Below the pieces are notes generated by a model that saw nothing but the letters and a program-made list of their open reading frames with translations, was not told the origin of the DNA and made no database searches. Shown here one piece after another: positions 19,529 to 27,670 of a DNA stretch of 64,000 bases. Where the stretch lies: contig DATNQI010000076.1 in NCBI GenBank assembly GCA_036704125.1, positions 27,157-91,156 on the forward strand. Reading direction: 5' to 3'. The DNA comes from Pantanalinema sp. (GTDB lineage Bacteria; Cyanobacteriota; Sericytochromatia; S15B-MN24; UBA4093). The position numbers and the translations under genes were made by a program. Numbering within the stretch: position 1 is the stretch's first letter; the number at the start of each line of letters is the position of its first letter.

Positions 19529-19930
19529 CTACTTCAGCAAGCCCATCAGGACTTCCCGCGCCCTGAGGTTCTGGGCCAGGGGCCACTCCCACTGGTTCCC
19601 GTTCTTGTAGTGGAGGACGATCTTCTTCGCGGTCAGGACTCCGCCCTTGGCTTCGACGTTGACGATGTTGGCGACCGGGACGGTGGCCACGACCTTCCAC
19701 TTCCCGAAAAAGCCCTTTTCCCAGATCTCGAAGCGGTTCTGGTAGATCTTGAAGACGTAGGTGCCCGAGGCGTGGACTTCCTCGAACAGGGGGGTCATGT
19801 CCGCCGCATCCTTGGCTTCAACTTGCGTCTGCTTTTCCGTGACCGTGGGAGCAACCATCGGCGCCGTGCCGCACCCGCTCAGGGTGAGCGCCACCAAGCC
19901 AGCCAGGCCCAGACGATGGAAGTTATTCAT
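19529..19930 (-). CDS. small lipoprotein of unknown function, in an AT-rich stretch
   Basis: Start chosen at MNNFHRLGLAGLVALTLSGCG (lipobox LSGC), which has a ggag RBS. The gene and its upstream region are far more AT-rich than the rest of the window. Confidence 0.55.
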   Translation of the reverse strand: MNNFHRLGLAGLVALTLSGCGTAPMVAPTVTEKQTQVEAKDAADMTPLFEEVHASGTYVFKIYQNRFEIWEKGFFGKWKVVATVPVANIVNVEAKGGVLTAKKIVLHYKNGNQWEWPLAQNLRAREVLMGLLK

Positions 19931-20058
19931 ATCAAGACGCTGCTCCGTTTCATCATGAATCTTTACTACAAAATTAACCATAATTTATTATAGGCAAGCA
20001 AAATCAACGACTTTCTTAAGCAATAACAATGATTATATTAAGTAAAGGTTAACACTCC

Positions 20059-20604
20059 CTACCCTTCCTCCTCGATGTTCGCCCGCTGCGCGATCAGGTC
20101 CCGCATCTCCGAGGCGTGCAGCTCGGTCTCGCACAGGATGTCCTCCAGGACCCTGCGGGTGGTGGGGTCGTCGAAGGCGATCTCGCGGATCAAGGCGGTG
20201 TAGGCCTTGATCTGCTCTCGCTCTACCGCGAGATCCTCCCGGATCATCCCGGCCAGGGTGGGAGCCTCCTCCGCGTGGATGTGCTGATACTCGGCCTGGG
20301 TCGCGATCTCCTCCGGCCGGAAGACGGGGACGCCACCCAGCTGCTGGATCCTGGCGGCGAGCAAGTCGGCATGGCGCTCCTCGGCGGCCGCGTGCTCGAG
20401 GAACTCATCCTTGACCCCGGGCAGCAGCATGCTCACCGCCATGTAGGCGTGATGCTTGTACTGCAGATGCGCCACGATCTCGGTGCTGCGCAGGTGGTTC
20501 AGCTTCTTGACCAGCTCGGCGGTGCTTCCCCGGTATTCCTCGGTGATGGGCCCCATCATCAGGATGCGGAGCTGCTCCTGTTGCTGCTTTTTCGTCCCTG
20601 CCAT
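20059..20604 (-). CDS. ferritin-like (bacterioferritin/Dps-superfamily) protein
   Basis: Only the C-terminal 181 codons of the 556-aa six-frame ORF are real; ATG at 20604. E/H-rich di-iron helix pattern and a C-terminus …IEEEG like Bfr. The upstream part of the ORF is Arg/Gly noise antisense to the MBL gene. Confidence 0.65.
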   Translation of the reverse strand: MAGTKKQQQEQLRILMMGPITEEYRGSTAELVKKLNHLRSTEIVAHLQYKHHAYMAVSMLLPGVKDEFLEHAAAEERHADLLAARIQQLGGVPVFRPEEIATQAEYQHIHAEEAPTLAGMIREDLAVEREQIKAYTALIREIAFDDPTTRRVLEDILCETELHASEMRDLIAQRANIEEEG

Positions 20605-20793
20605 CTGTCGCCCCCTTTCACGCGCCCGGTCCGTCCTCTCCGGACGCAGCCATGGTGTACGGCCGGAACGCATGAATGACAAGGAGCGGCGGGAGGCTAC
20701 GATGAGGAGGGTCACCCGGCATTCAGGTGAAGTACGATGTTCATCGGGCGTCCCCTTCTTCGCCGTCGAGCGAGACCTCGCAAGGAGCAAGCC

Positions 20794-21618
20794 ATGCAAG
20801 CCATCCCCCTGGAAGACGACTTCAACGACATCCTCGGCAAGGCGATCCGCGGCCGCAAGCTCGACCTTGACGCCCTCGCCTCGCGCGCGAGCCTGACGCC
20901 GGACGCGCTCCGGCAGCTCCTGGACGGCTCGTTCGACGAGGGGGCCGTGAGGCGATTGGCCCCCCTGCTCGATCTTGGGACCGAGACCCTGGTTGCGATC
21001 GCAAAGGAATCCTATCACCCGGGCGCCGGCGCCCCGGATGGCCTGCTCGGCTTCAACACGCCCTACGCCGACTTCTTCGTCAACGCCTACCTCGTCTGGG
21101 ATCCCGCGACGCGCAAGGCAGTGGTCTTCGACACGGGCAGCGACCTCTCGCCTATCCTGAAGGAGGCCGAGGCGCGCCGGCTCGAGATTTCGCTGATCCT
21201 GGTGACCCACACCCACCACGACCACATCATGTGCCTCGACGCGCTGAAGCTGGCCACCGGGGCCCCGGCCTTCGCCTCCGAGCGGGAGCCCGCCAAGGGC
21301 GCCGAGACCCTGAAGGAAGGCCGGCGCTTCCAGGTCGGAGGCCTCAGCGTCGAGGCCCGATCGACCACGGGCCACTCCCGGGGCGGCACCTCGTACGTGG
21401 TCACGGGCCTCGAGAAGCCGCTGGTGGTCGTGGGCGACGCCCTCTTCGCGGGCTCCATGGGGGGCGGGGTGGTGTCCTACGAGGACGCGCTCGCGAGCAA
21501 CCGGCGCGAGGTCTTCACCCTGCCGGACGAGACGATCGTCTGCCCCGGCCACGGCCCGCTGACCACCATCGGCCTCGAGAAGCGGCACAACCCCTTCTAT
21601 CCGGAGTTCCAGGCTTGA
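20794..21618 (+). CDS. MBL-fold metallo-hydrolase with N-terminal HTH-like segment
   Basis: ATG at 20794 has an aaggag RBS. Metallo-beta-lactamase motif THTHHDH and downstream His/Asp ligands. Confidence 0.8.
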   Translation: MQAIPLEDDFNDILGKAIRGRKLDLDALASRASLTPDALRQLLDGSFDEGAVRRLAPLLDLGTETLVAIAKESYHPGAGAPDGLLGFNTPYADFFVNAYLVWDPATRKAVVFDTGSDLSPILKEAEARRLEISLILVTHTHHDHIMCLDALKLATGAPAFASEREPAKGAETLKEGRRFQVGGLSVEARSTTGHSRGGTSYVVTGLEKPLVVVGDALFAGSMGGGVVSYEDALASNRREVFTLPDETIVCPGHGPLTTIGLEKRHNPFYPEFQA

Positions 21619-21633
21619 GAAGGAGGTCTCCTC

Positions 21634-22247
21634 ATGAAGCGTCCCATCGGCTTCGTCGGCGTCGGCCGCATGGGGGCCAACATGGCCCGGCGGCTCAAGG
21701 ATTGCGGCTACGCGATCGCGGCGCTCCACGACGTCAACCGCGAGGCTGCCCGCTCCCTGGCCACCGAGCTCGACGCCAGGGCCTGCGAGACGCTCGCGGA
21801 GGTCACGGCGAGCGCGGAGATCGTCTTCACGGTGATCTCCGATGACGCGGGGATGCGCGAGATCTTCCTGCGGCCCGGCGACAACCTGCTCGCGGGCGCC
21901 AAGGGCAAGCTGTTCATCAACTGCGCGACCCTCACCCCCGGCCTACACCGGGCGATCGAGCAGCATGCGCATGCCGCCGGAGCCGAGACCCTCGAAGCCT
22001 GCATGGCCTCGAGCATCCCGCAGGCCCGCGGCAGCTCCGCGAGCACAGCTGCTACTTCTCGGCGGCCCACGCCGCCAAGGACTCCTGCATCGCGGCCACC
22101 CTCGGCCGGGAGGCGGGGCTCGTTCTGCCCCTGGCCGAGGCGACCCTGAAGCAGTACCAGCGCATGGTCGATCTGGGGCTCGGCGAGCTGGACAAGTCCG
22201 GCATCGCAGAGCTGACGTTCAAGGAGCGCCTGGCCACGCCACGCTGA
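21634..22247 (+). pseudogene. disrupted 3-hydroxyisobutyrate/2-hydroxy-3-oxopropionate reductase (HIBADH/GarR family) gene
   Basis: The N-terminal Rossmann part (GFVGVGRMGANMA… to …LEACMASSIPQAR) is in frame 1. The C-terminal ~70 aa (…YFSAAHAAKDSCIAATLGREAGLVLPLAEATLKQYQRMVDLGLGELDKSGIAEL*) are in a different frame. About 100 aa of the middle are missing. Confidence 0.55.
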
Positions 22248-22329
22248 GCCGCATCTCCGGGCTGCCGCTTCGCTCAGGGGGGCTGCTCGGGTATGGTGGC
22301 GACGCATCCCCTGCGGTGAGGGCGCGTGC

Positions 22330-23169
22330 ATGGCGGGCTTCGGCTTCAGCGACCTGATCAAGCTCTTTCTGAGCATCGCCGTGCCGGTGATGATGATCGG
22401 CATCGGGACGCACCCGGGGCGCGACGAGCTCGTCGCGCTGTGGCGCAGGCCGGGCTTGCTCGCTCGATCGCTCCTGGCGAGCCTCGTCCTCTGCCCGCTC
22501 ACGGCCTACCTGCTGACGAGCTGGCTCAAGGCCCCCTTGCCTGTTGCGATCGGGCTGCTGCTCACCGTCGCGTCTCCCAGCGCGCCGCTCGGCTTCGTCC
22601 AGACCCTCAAGGCGCAAGGCGACACGGCCTACGCTGCGGACATGATCGCGCTTCTCGCCCTGCTCGCCTTCGTGAGCATGCCGCTCACCGTCTGGGCCGC
22701 CATCGGGGACCCGCGCCTGAGGCCCGAGAGCGTCCTGGGAGCCGTGGGCCTCAAGATGATCCTGCCCCTGGGGGCCGGCATGGCCCTGCGCGCGCTCTTC
22801 CCAAAGCTCAGCCAGCCGATCCGGCAGTGGGTGCCCCGCTTGATCCCTCCCTTGCTCGCGCTCGCCGTCCTGCCGGTCCTCTTCCGGTACCGGGCGCACC
22901 TCGCCATCGGGTGGCCCACGGCGCTCACCATGCTCGCCGTGGCAGGCGCGATGCTCGCGATCGGCTACGGCCTCGGCGGCCCCCCGCCCCAGCTGCGCCT
23001 CTCGCTGGCCCTGCTCTGCGGCTTTCGCAACGCGGCAATCCCGATGATGCTGGTCGCCCCCTACCTTCCCCAGGCCCTCCTGCCCATCGCCGTCTTCTCG
23101 GTCCTCTCGGCGATCCTCTCCTTCGGCTTCGCGATCCTGTGGCGCAAAGGCCATCCCCCGTCCCGCTGA
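22330..23169 (+). CDS. polytopic membrane transporter (BASS/AEC-like fold)
   Basis: 279 aa, very hydrophobic (Leu/Ala-rich) with about 8 predicted TM segments. The antisense ORF 22219..23154 is compositional noise. Confidence 0.55.
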   Translation: MAGFGFSDLIKLFLSIAVPVMMIGIGTHPGRDELVALWRRPGLLARSLLASLVLCPLTAYLLTSWLKAPLPVAIGLLLTVASPSAPLGFVQTLKAQGDTAYAADMIALLALLAFVSMPLTVWAAIGDPRLRPESVLGAVGLKMILPLGAGMALRALFPKLSQPIRQWVPRLIPPLLALAVLPVLFRYRAHLAIGWPTALTMLAVAGAMLAIGYGLGGPPPQLRLSLALLCGFRNAAIPMMLVAPYLPQALLPIAVFSVLSAILSFGFAILWRKGHPPSR

Positions 23170-23211
23170 GGGGACGCGAGGGAAGGTCGCGAATCAACGA
23201 TCACGCAACCC

Positions 23212-23245
23212 TTGACCTTCCCCCCACCGGGAAGGTTTAGGCTGA
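23212..23245 (+). promoter_or_regulatory. CueR-type MerR-family promoter/operator upstream of copZ
   Basis: TTGACCTTCCccccaccGGGAAGGTTTAGGCT. The -35 is TTGACC and the dyad ACCTTCC/GGAAGGT sits in a long spacer. This is nearly the same arrangement as E. coli PcopA. Confidence 0.6.
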
Positions 23246-23281
23246 GCGGACTTCCAGGACTTGAACGAAAGGAACTCCCAG

Positions 23282-23533
23282 ATGGAACCCTCAGCCCTTA
23301 CCTCTGCCTCGCTCACCCTTGCCATCGAGGGAATGGGCTGCCGGAGCTGCGTGACCAAGATCGAGCAAGCTCTTGCCAAGTTGCCCGGCCTCGAGGCCGC
23401 CACCGTCGACCACGCGAACAAGCAAGCGCATGTCCGCTTCGATCCCGGCGCCGTCTCCCCCGCCGAGATCGCGCAAGCGATCTTGGCCCTCGACTATGGC
23501 GTGACGATCCTCGCCAAAGGAGCTCAGACATGA
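23282..23533 (+). CDS. copZ: heavy-metal-associated (HMA) copper chaperone
   Basis: ATG at 23282; GMGCRSC metal-binding motif; about 83 aa. Confidence 0.85.
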   Translation: MEPSALTSASLTLAIEGMGCRSCVTKIEQALAKLPGLEAATVDHANKQAHVRFDPGAVSPAEIAQAILALDYGVTILAKGAQT

Positions 23534-23735
23534 TTCGGATTTTCACCCCGCTTCTCGCTCTGACCCTCGTCGCCGCGACGGGAGCGTGACCCGATGGCCG
23601 TACACGCTCCGGTGACCCCGGCCAGGCGCATTCCTGCCAGGACCTCGCGGAGAAAGTCCCGCCGCCTTTAGACAAATCGGCCCCATCCTCCGCGCACCCT
23701 CCCCGTTACCATGGCCTTGGAAGGGGGGGTGGAAA

Positions 23736-25070
23736 ATGAAAAACAGCTCGGCCCTCGCGGCCACGGGATTGGTGAGCGTTCTCATGCTGGGCTCGGCCCC
23801 TGCAGCCTTCGCCCAGCATGAGGGGCACGCGGTGACACGTCCCGGGGGCGCGATCGCCCCTGGAGACCTGGCGCGAGATCCCGCCGACGAACTGATGCGC
23901 CGGACGAGCCTCATGGGATCGGGCACCAGCCTCCAGCCCGCCTCCTCGCCCATGTGGATGTGGCAGCAAATGACGGGGCCCTGGCTCCTCAGGACGCACG
24001 GGAACGCCGTTCTCGCCTGGAACCAGGGGACGAGGCCGCGCGGCACCGGCGAGCCGTCGCTCGCCAACTGGGCGATGATGATGGGCTCCCGGATCCTGGG
24101 CCCGGGGATCCTCGATTTGACGGCGATGGGAAGCCTCGAGCCCGCCACCATGCCTCCCGGCGGCACGCCGCAGCTCTTCCAGACGGGCGAGACCTACGGG
24201 GGACGGCCCCTCATCGATCGCCAGCACCCGCACGATCTCTTCATGGAGCTTTCAGCGCGCTACACCCTGCCCTTGAACGGGCGAGCCGCCGCCTTTTTCT
24301 ACGGCGCCCCCGTGGGCGAGCCCGCGCTCGGCCCCGTCGCCTTCATGCACCGCCCCTCGGCGGCGGACAACGGGCTCGCCCCGCTTGGCCACCACCTCCA
24401 GGACTCGACCCACATCACGATGGGCGTCCTGAGCGCGGGCCTGCAATGGGAGCACTGGCAAGTGGAGGGGTCGCTCTTCCGCGGCAGGGAGCCCGACGAG
24501 AACCGCTGGAACCTCGATCTGGGCCCCCTCGACTCCTGCTCCGGTCGCCTCAGCTATGCGCCGGGCCCGAACTGGGCCCTCCAGATCTCGAGCGGCCGTC
24601 TGAGCAACCCGGAGGCGCTCGAAGCGGGGGATCTCCGCCGTACCACGGCCTCGATCCAGCACAACCTGCCCCTTTCGCGGGGCAACTGGGCCACCGCCAT
24701 GATCTGGGGGCAGAACACCAAGTTCGGCCTTTCCCCGGCCCCGATCACGAATGGGCTGCTGCTCGAATCCACCCTGGACCTCGATCGCAACCACCTCTAC
24801 GGCCGCTTCGAGGCGGTGGACAAGACGGGCCTCCTCGCGAACCTCCCGGGCGGCGAGGCCGACGAGCGGATCGTGCGCCCGATCCAGGCCCTCACCCTCG
24901 GCATCATCCACGACCTGAAGCTTCAGCCCTTGGTCGTCGGGATCGGGGCGGATGCGACCCTCTACGCCCAGCCCGGAGATCTCGTGGCCCTGTACGGCAG
25001 CAACCCCATGGCCTTGCGGATCTTCCTGAGAATGCGCCCGCCTCTCATGGCGCACCGCTCTTCCCCCTGA
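23736..25070 (+). CDS. secreted protein of unknown function, co-oriented downstream of copZ
   Basis: 444 aa with signal peptide (…GSAPAAFAQ). Trp/Met-containing N-terminal region, then a long domain with alternating-polarity strands (possible beta-barrel). No motif recognised. Confidence 0.6.
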   Translation: MKNSSALAATGLVSVLMLGSAPAAFAQHEGHAVTRPGGAIAPGDLARDPADELMRRTSLMGSGTSLQPASSPMWMWQQMTGPWLLRTHGNAVLAWNQGTRPRGTGEPSLANWAMMMGSRILGPGILDLTAMGSLEPATMPPGGTPQLFQTGETYGGRPLIDRQHPHDLFMELSARYTLPLNGRAAAFFYGAPVGEPALGPVAFMHRPSAADNGLAPLGHHLQDSTHITMGVLSAGLQWEHWQVEGSLFRGREPDENRWNLDLGPLDSCSGRLSYAPGPNWALQISSGRLSNPEALEAGDLRRTTASIQHNLPLSRGNWATAMIWGQNTKFGLSPAPITNGLLLESTLDLDRNHLYGRFEAVDKTGLLANLPGGEADERIVRPIQALTLGIIHDLKLQPLVVGIGADATLYAQPGDLVALYGSNPMALRIFLRMRPPLMAHRSSP

Positions 25071-25093
25071 TCGTCGCACCCCACCGCTCGAAA

Positions 25094-25141
25094 AATATTA
25101 CCCGGGTAATATTGACTCCCTCAATATTACCCGGGTAATAT
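25094..25141. promoter_or_regulatory. two tandem perfect palindromes (putative operator) upstream of the DUF2239 gene
   Basis: AATATTACCCGGGTAATATT at 25094-25113 and AATATTACCCGGGTAATAT at 25123-25141. Centres are 29 bp apart and lie 30-60 bp upstream of the ATG at 25171. Confidence 0.55.
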
Positions 25142-25170
25142 CATGCCAACCATCGGAAAGGATCACGGAT

Positions 25171-25779
25171 ATGGACATGCAAGCGCACACGTACACGGCC
25201 TTCGGGGACACGCGCCTCGTCGCCACGGGCCCCATCGAGGAGGTGGCCCTCAGGACCAAGGAATGGCTCGAGCAGGGCGGGGTACCGGTGCTCATCTTCG
25301 AGGACAAGACCGGCCAGCAGCTCGATCTCGACCTCCGGGGCACCCACGACGAGGCCCTGGCGCGCCTTCGGTCGCACCCCTGGCTCCAGCAAGAGCAAGA
25401 AGAGAAGCGCACCGGTCCCGGGCGCCCCAAGCTCGGCGTCGTGTCGCGCGAGGTCTCGCTCTTGCCCCGGCACTGGGACTGGCTGAACGAGCAGCCGGGC
25501 GGCGCCTCGGTGACGCTTCGCAAGCTGGTCGAGGAGAAGATGAAGCAGAGCCAGGGCAAGGATCGCGCCCGCAAGTCCCGCGATGCCGCCTCCAAGTTCA
25601 TGTGGGTGGTGGGCGGCAATCTCCCCGATTTCGAGGAGGCCTCGCGCGCCTTCTCCCGCAAGGAATACGAGCGCTTCGACCGGCTGATCGAGGCCTGGGC
25701 GCCCGACGTCCGGGCGCACATGCGAAAGCTCGTGGCAACGGCCATTCAAGACGAGCAGGAGGCGGCAAATGAGTCTTAA
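25171..25779 (+). CDS. DUF2239-family protein
   Basis: 202 aa with an aaagga RBS. Overall resemblance to DUF2239 proteins, recalled from memory. ORF 25143..25772 in another frame and the antisense ORFs here are Arg/Gly-rich noise. Confidence 0.6.
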   Translation: MDMQAHTYTAFGDTRLVATGPIEEVALRTKEWLEQGGVPVLIFEDKTGQQLDLDLRGTHDEALARLRSHPWLQQEQEEKRTGPGRPKLGVVSREVSLLPRHWDWLNEQPGGASVTLRKLVEEKMKQSQGKDRARKSRDAASKFMWVVGGNLPDFEEASRAFSRKEYERFDRLIEAWAPDVRAHMRKLVATAIQDEQEAANES

Positions 25780-26134
25780 GGAAGAACTCAAGGCCGATTA
25801 CCGGCAGAACTGGCACCGGCTCAGGAAGATGGGCGTTTACCAGATCAAGAACCAGGTCAACGGCAAGGTCTTCATCGAGGCGAGCCTCAACCTCGACGGC
25901 GCGATCGCACGCGATCGCCTGTGGCTGCCCCGGGGCGGTCACCTCAACCACAAGCTCCAGCAGGACTGGAAAACGTTCGGGCCAGACGCCTTCACCTTCG
26001 AGATCCTCGAGACCCTGACGCCGACGGACGATCCGCGCGATTACGCGGGAGAGGTCGCGCTCTTGCTCGAGGTCTGGAAGGAGCAGCTCGAACCCTACGG
26101 CGACAAGGGTTACCTCTCGCCGCCGCGCCGCTGA
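25769..26134 (+). CDS. GIY-YIG nuclease-family protein
   Basis: GVYQIKNQVNGKVFIEAS…R…H…N is a GIY-YIG-like core. The start overlaps the DUF2239 stop by 11 nt. Confidence 0.65.
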   Translation: MSLKEELKADYRQNWHRLRKMGVYQIKNQVNGKVFIEASLNLDGAIARDRLWLPRGGHLNHKLQQDWKTFGPDAFTFEILETLTPTDDPRDYAGEVALLLEVWKEQLEPYGDKGYLSPPRR

Positions 26135-26160
26135 CCCCTCGATCCCACAGGAGACTCCCC

Positions 26161-27408
26161 ATGCCAAAACCCGCCAAGAGCCCCGGCATGCTCTTCATCT
26201 TCATCACGGTGCTGCTGGACATCGTCGGGATGGGGATCCTCATCCCCATCACGCCCCAGCTCGTCGCCCAGTTCGTGGGCGGCGATCTCTCGGACGCCTC
26301 GCGCTTCTACGGGCCCTCGATCGCCCTCTACACCGCGATGCAGTTCATGTGCGCCCCCATGCTCGGCGCGCTGTCCGATCGCTTCGGGCGCAAGCCCATC
26401 TTGCTGCTGTCGCTCCTGGGCACGGCGCTCGCCTACCTGATGACGGCCTTCGCCCCCAACCTGTGGTGCCTGTACGCCGCCCGCATGCTGGGTGGCATGG
26501 CCGGCGCCAGCATGACGGTCGCCACCGCCTACATCGCGGACGTCAGCAGCCCCGAGAACCGGGCCCAGAACTTCGGGATGCTGGGGGCGGCCTTCGGGAT
26601 CGGCTTCATCATCGGGCCGGCGCTCGGCGGGATGCTCGGGCACTTCAGCCTGCGGCTCCCCTTCCTCGTCTCGGCCGCGGTGTCGCTCATCAACTTCACC
26701 TACGGGCTCTTCGGCCTCCCCGAGTCCCACCGCCTCGAGAACCGCCGGGCCTTCACCTGGGCCAAGGCGAACCCGCTCTCCTTCGTCCCCATGCTCCGGA
26801 AGTACCCCCAGATCATGGGGGTGGTGGCGACCTTCATCCTGGTGGGGCTGGCGCAACAGTGCCAGCAGAGCAACTGGGTGCTGTACACCACCCTGCGCTT
26901 CAACTGGTCGCCGATCGAGACCGGGGCGTCGCTCGCGGTTGCGGGAATCTGCCTGGCCCTGGTCCAGGGCGGGCTGATCCGGGTGATCCTGCCCCGGCTC
27001 GGAGAAAAGCGGGCGATCCTGTACGGTCTTGCGCTCCTCGCGGTGTCGATGATGCTCTTCGGCTTCGCGACCCGGGGCTGGATGATGTACGCGGTCACGA
27101 TAGTCTCCAGCGTGGCTGCGATCGCGGGCCCCGCGGCCCAGGCCATCATCTCGCGCCAGGTCGGCCCCGAGGAGCAGGGCGCCATCCAGGGCTCGCTGAC
27201 CAGCCTCATGAGCCTGACGGGCGTCGTCGGCCCCATCGTTGCCAACCAGCTGTTCGCCACCTTCACCGCCGCCGCGGCCCCCATCCGGGTGCCGGGAGTC
27301 GCCTTCTTCCTCGCGGCGCTGCTCGTCGGGCTGAGCCTCGTGAACATGATCCGGTACTTCTCGAAGCAGCCGCAGGCGGCCGTGGCGCCGCAGCCCGCCC
27401 AGGTCTAA
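26161..27408 (+). CDS. MFS transporter (TetA/multidrug-efflux-like, 12 TM)
   Basis: ATG at 26161 has an aggag RBS. MFS motif A-like [11 protein letters not shown] and a polytopic profile. Confidence 0.85.
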   Translation: MPKPAKSPGMLFIFITVLLDIVGMGILIPITPQLVAQFVGGDLSDASRFYGPSIALYTAMQFMCAPMLGALSDRFGRKPILLLSLLGTALAYLMTAFAPNLWCLYAARMLGGMAGASMTVATAYIADVSSPENRAQNFGMLGAAFGIGFIIGPALGGMLGHFSLRLPFLVSAAVSLINFTYGLFGLPESHRLENRRAFTWAKANPLSFVPMLRKYPQIMGVVATFILVGLAQQCQQSNWVLYTTLRFNWSPIETGASLAVAGICLALVQGGLIRVILPRLGEKRAILYGLALLAVSMMLFGFATRGWMMYAVTIVSSVAAIAGPAAQAIISRQVGPEEQGAIQGSLTSLMSLTGVVGPIVANQLFATFTAAAAPIRVPGVAFFLAALLVGLSLVNMIRYFSKQPQAAVAPQPAQV

Positions 27409-27423
27409 GCTCTGCCTGAAACC

Positions 27424-27480
27424 TCCCCGCCCCCCGGTGGGGCGGGGTCGGGGGTGGGGGGTTCTAACCGCTCCGAGTCT
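27424..27480 (+). repeat. intergenic GC-hairpin repeat element, copy 1
   Basis: CCCCGCCCCcCGGTGGGGCGGGG hairpin followed by a gggggtgggggg…ccgctccgagtc tail. About 85% identical to 62896..62950. Confidence 0.65.
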
Positions 27481-27508
27481 CCAGGCGAGGGCATGAGGAA
27501 CTTGATTT

Positions 27509-27633
27509 TATCCCCCCACCCCTCACATCCAACAAAACCGGGCATGTGTTGTGGTGGCCGCTGTAAGCGGCTTGATGGAACAGTTTCGTTAGACGTTCCC
27601 CCTAGCCCCGCCCCACCGGGGGGCGGGGAATCA
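27509..27633 (-). repeat. reverse-orientation copy of the same element, interrupted by a ~75-bp insertion flanked by a 5-bp direct repeat (cccct)
   Basis: tatccccccacccct (27508-27522) and ctagccccgccccaccggggggcgggg (27603-27629) together form the reverse complement of the element. The intervening 27523-27602 is extra and contains its own stem GCCGCT-gta-AGCGGC. Confidence 0.5.
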
Positions 27634-27670
27634 AGCGGATGCCAATCTCAATTCGAGTCTGCTTGGCGGG

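Noticed and set aside
20605-21729. Upstream ~375 codons of the 556-aa minus-strand ORF 20059..21729
   Set aside because: Arg/Gly/Ala-rich noise antisense to the MBL-hydrolase gene. Only the C-terminal 181 codons (ferritin-like) have coding-like composition and a start context.
22219-23154. 311-aa minus-strand ORF
   Set aside because: Antisense to the membrane transporter. The composition is Arg/Glu/Asp/Gly-rich. The plus-strand hydrophobic frame is coding.
25098-25791. Minus-strand ORFs 25098..25745 and 25141..25791, and plus-frame ORF 25143..25772
   Set aside because: They overlap the DUF2239 gene in other frames or on the opposite strand, with Arg/Ser/Pro-rich composition. Only the 25171 frame has a coding-like profile and an RBS.
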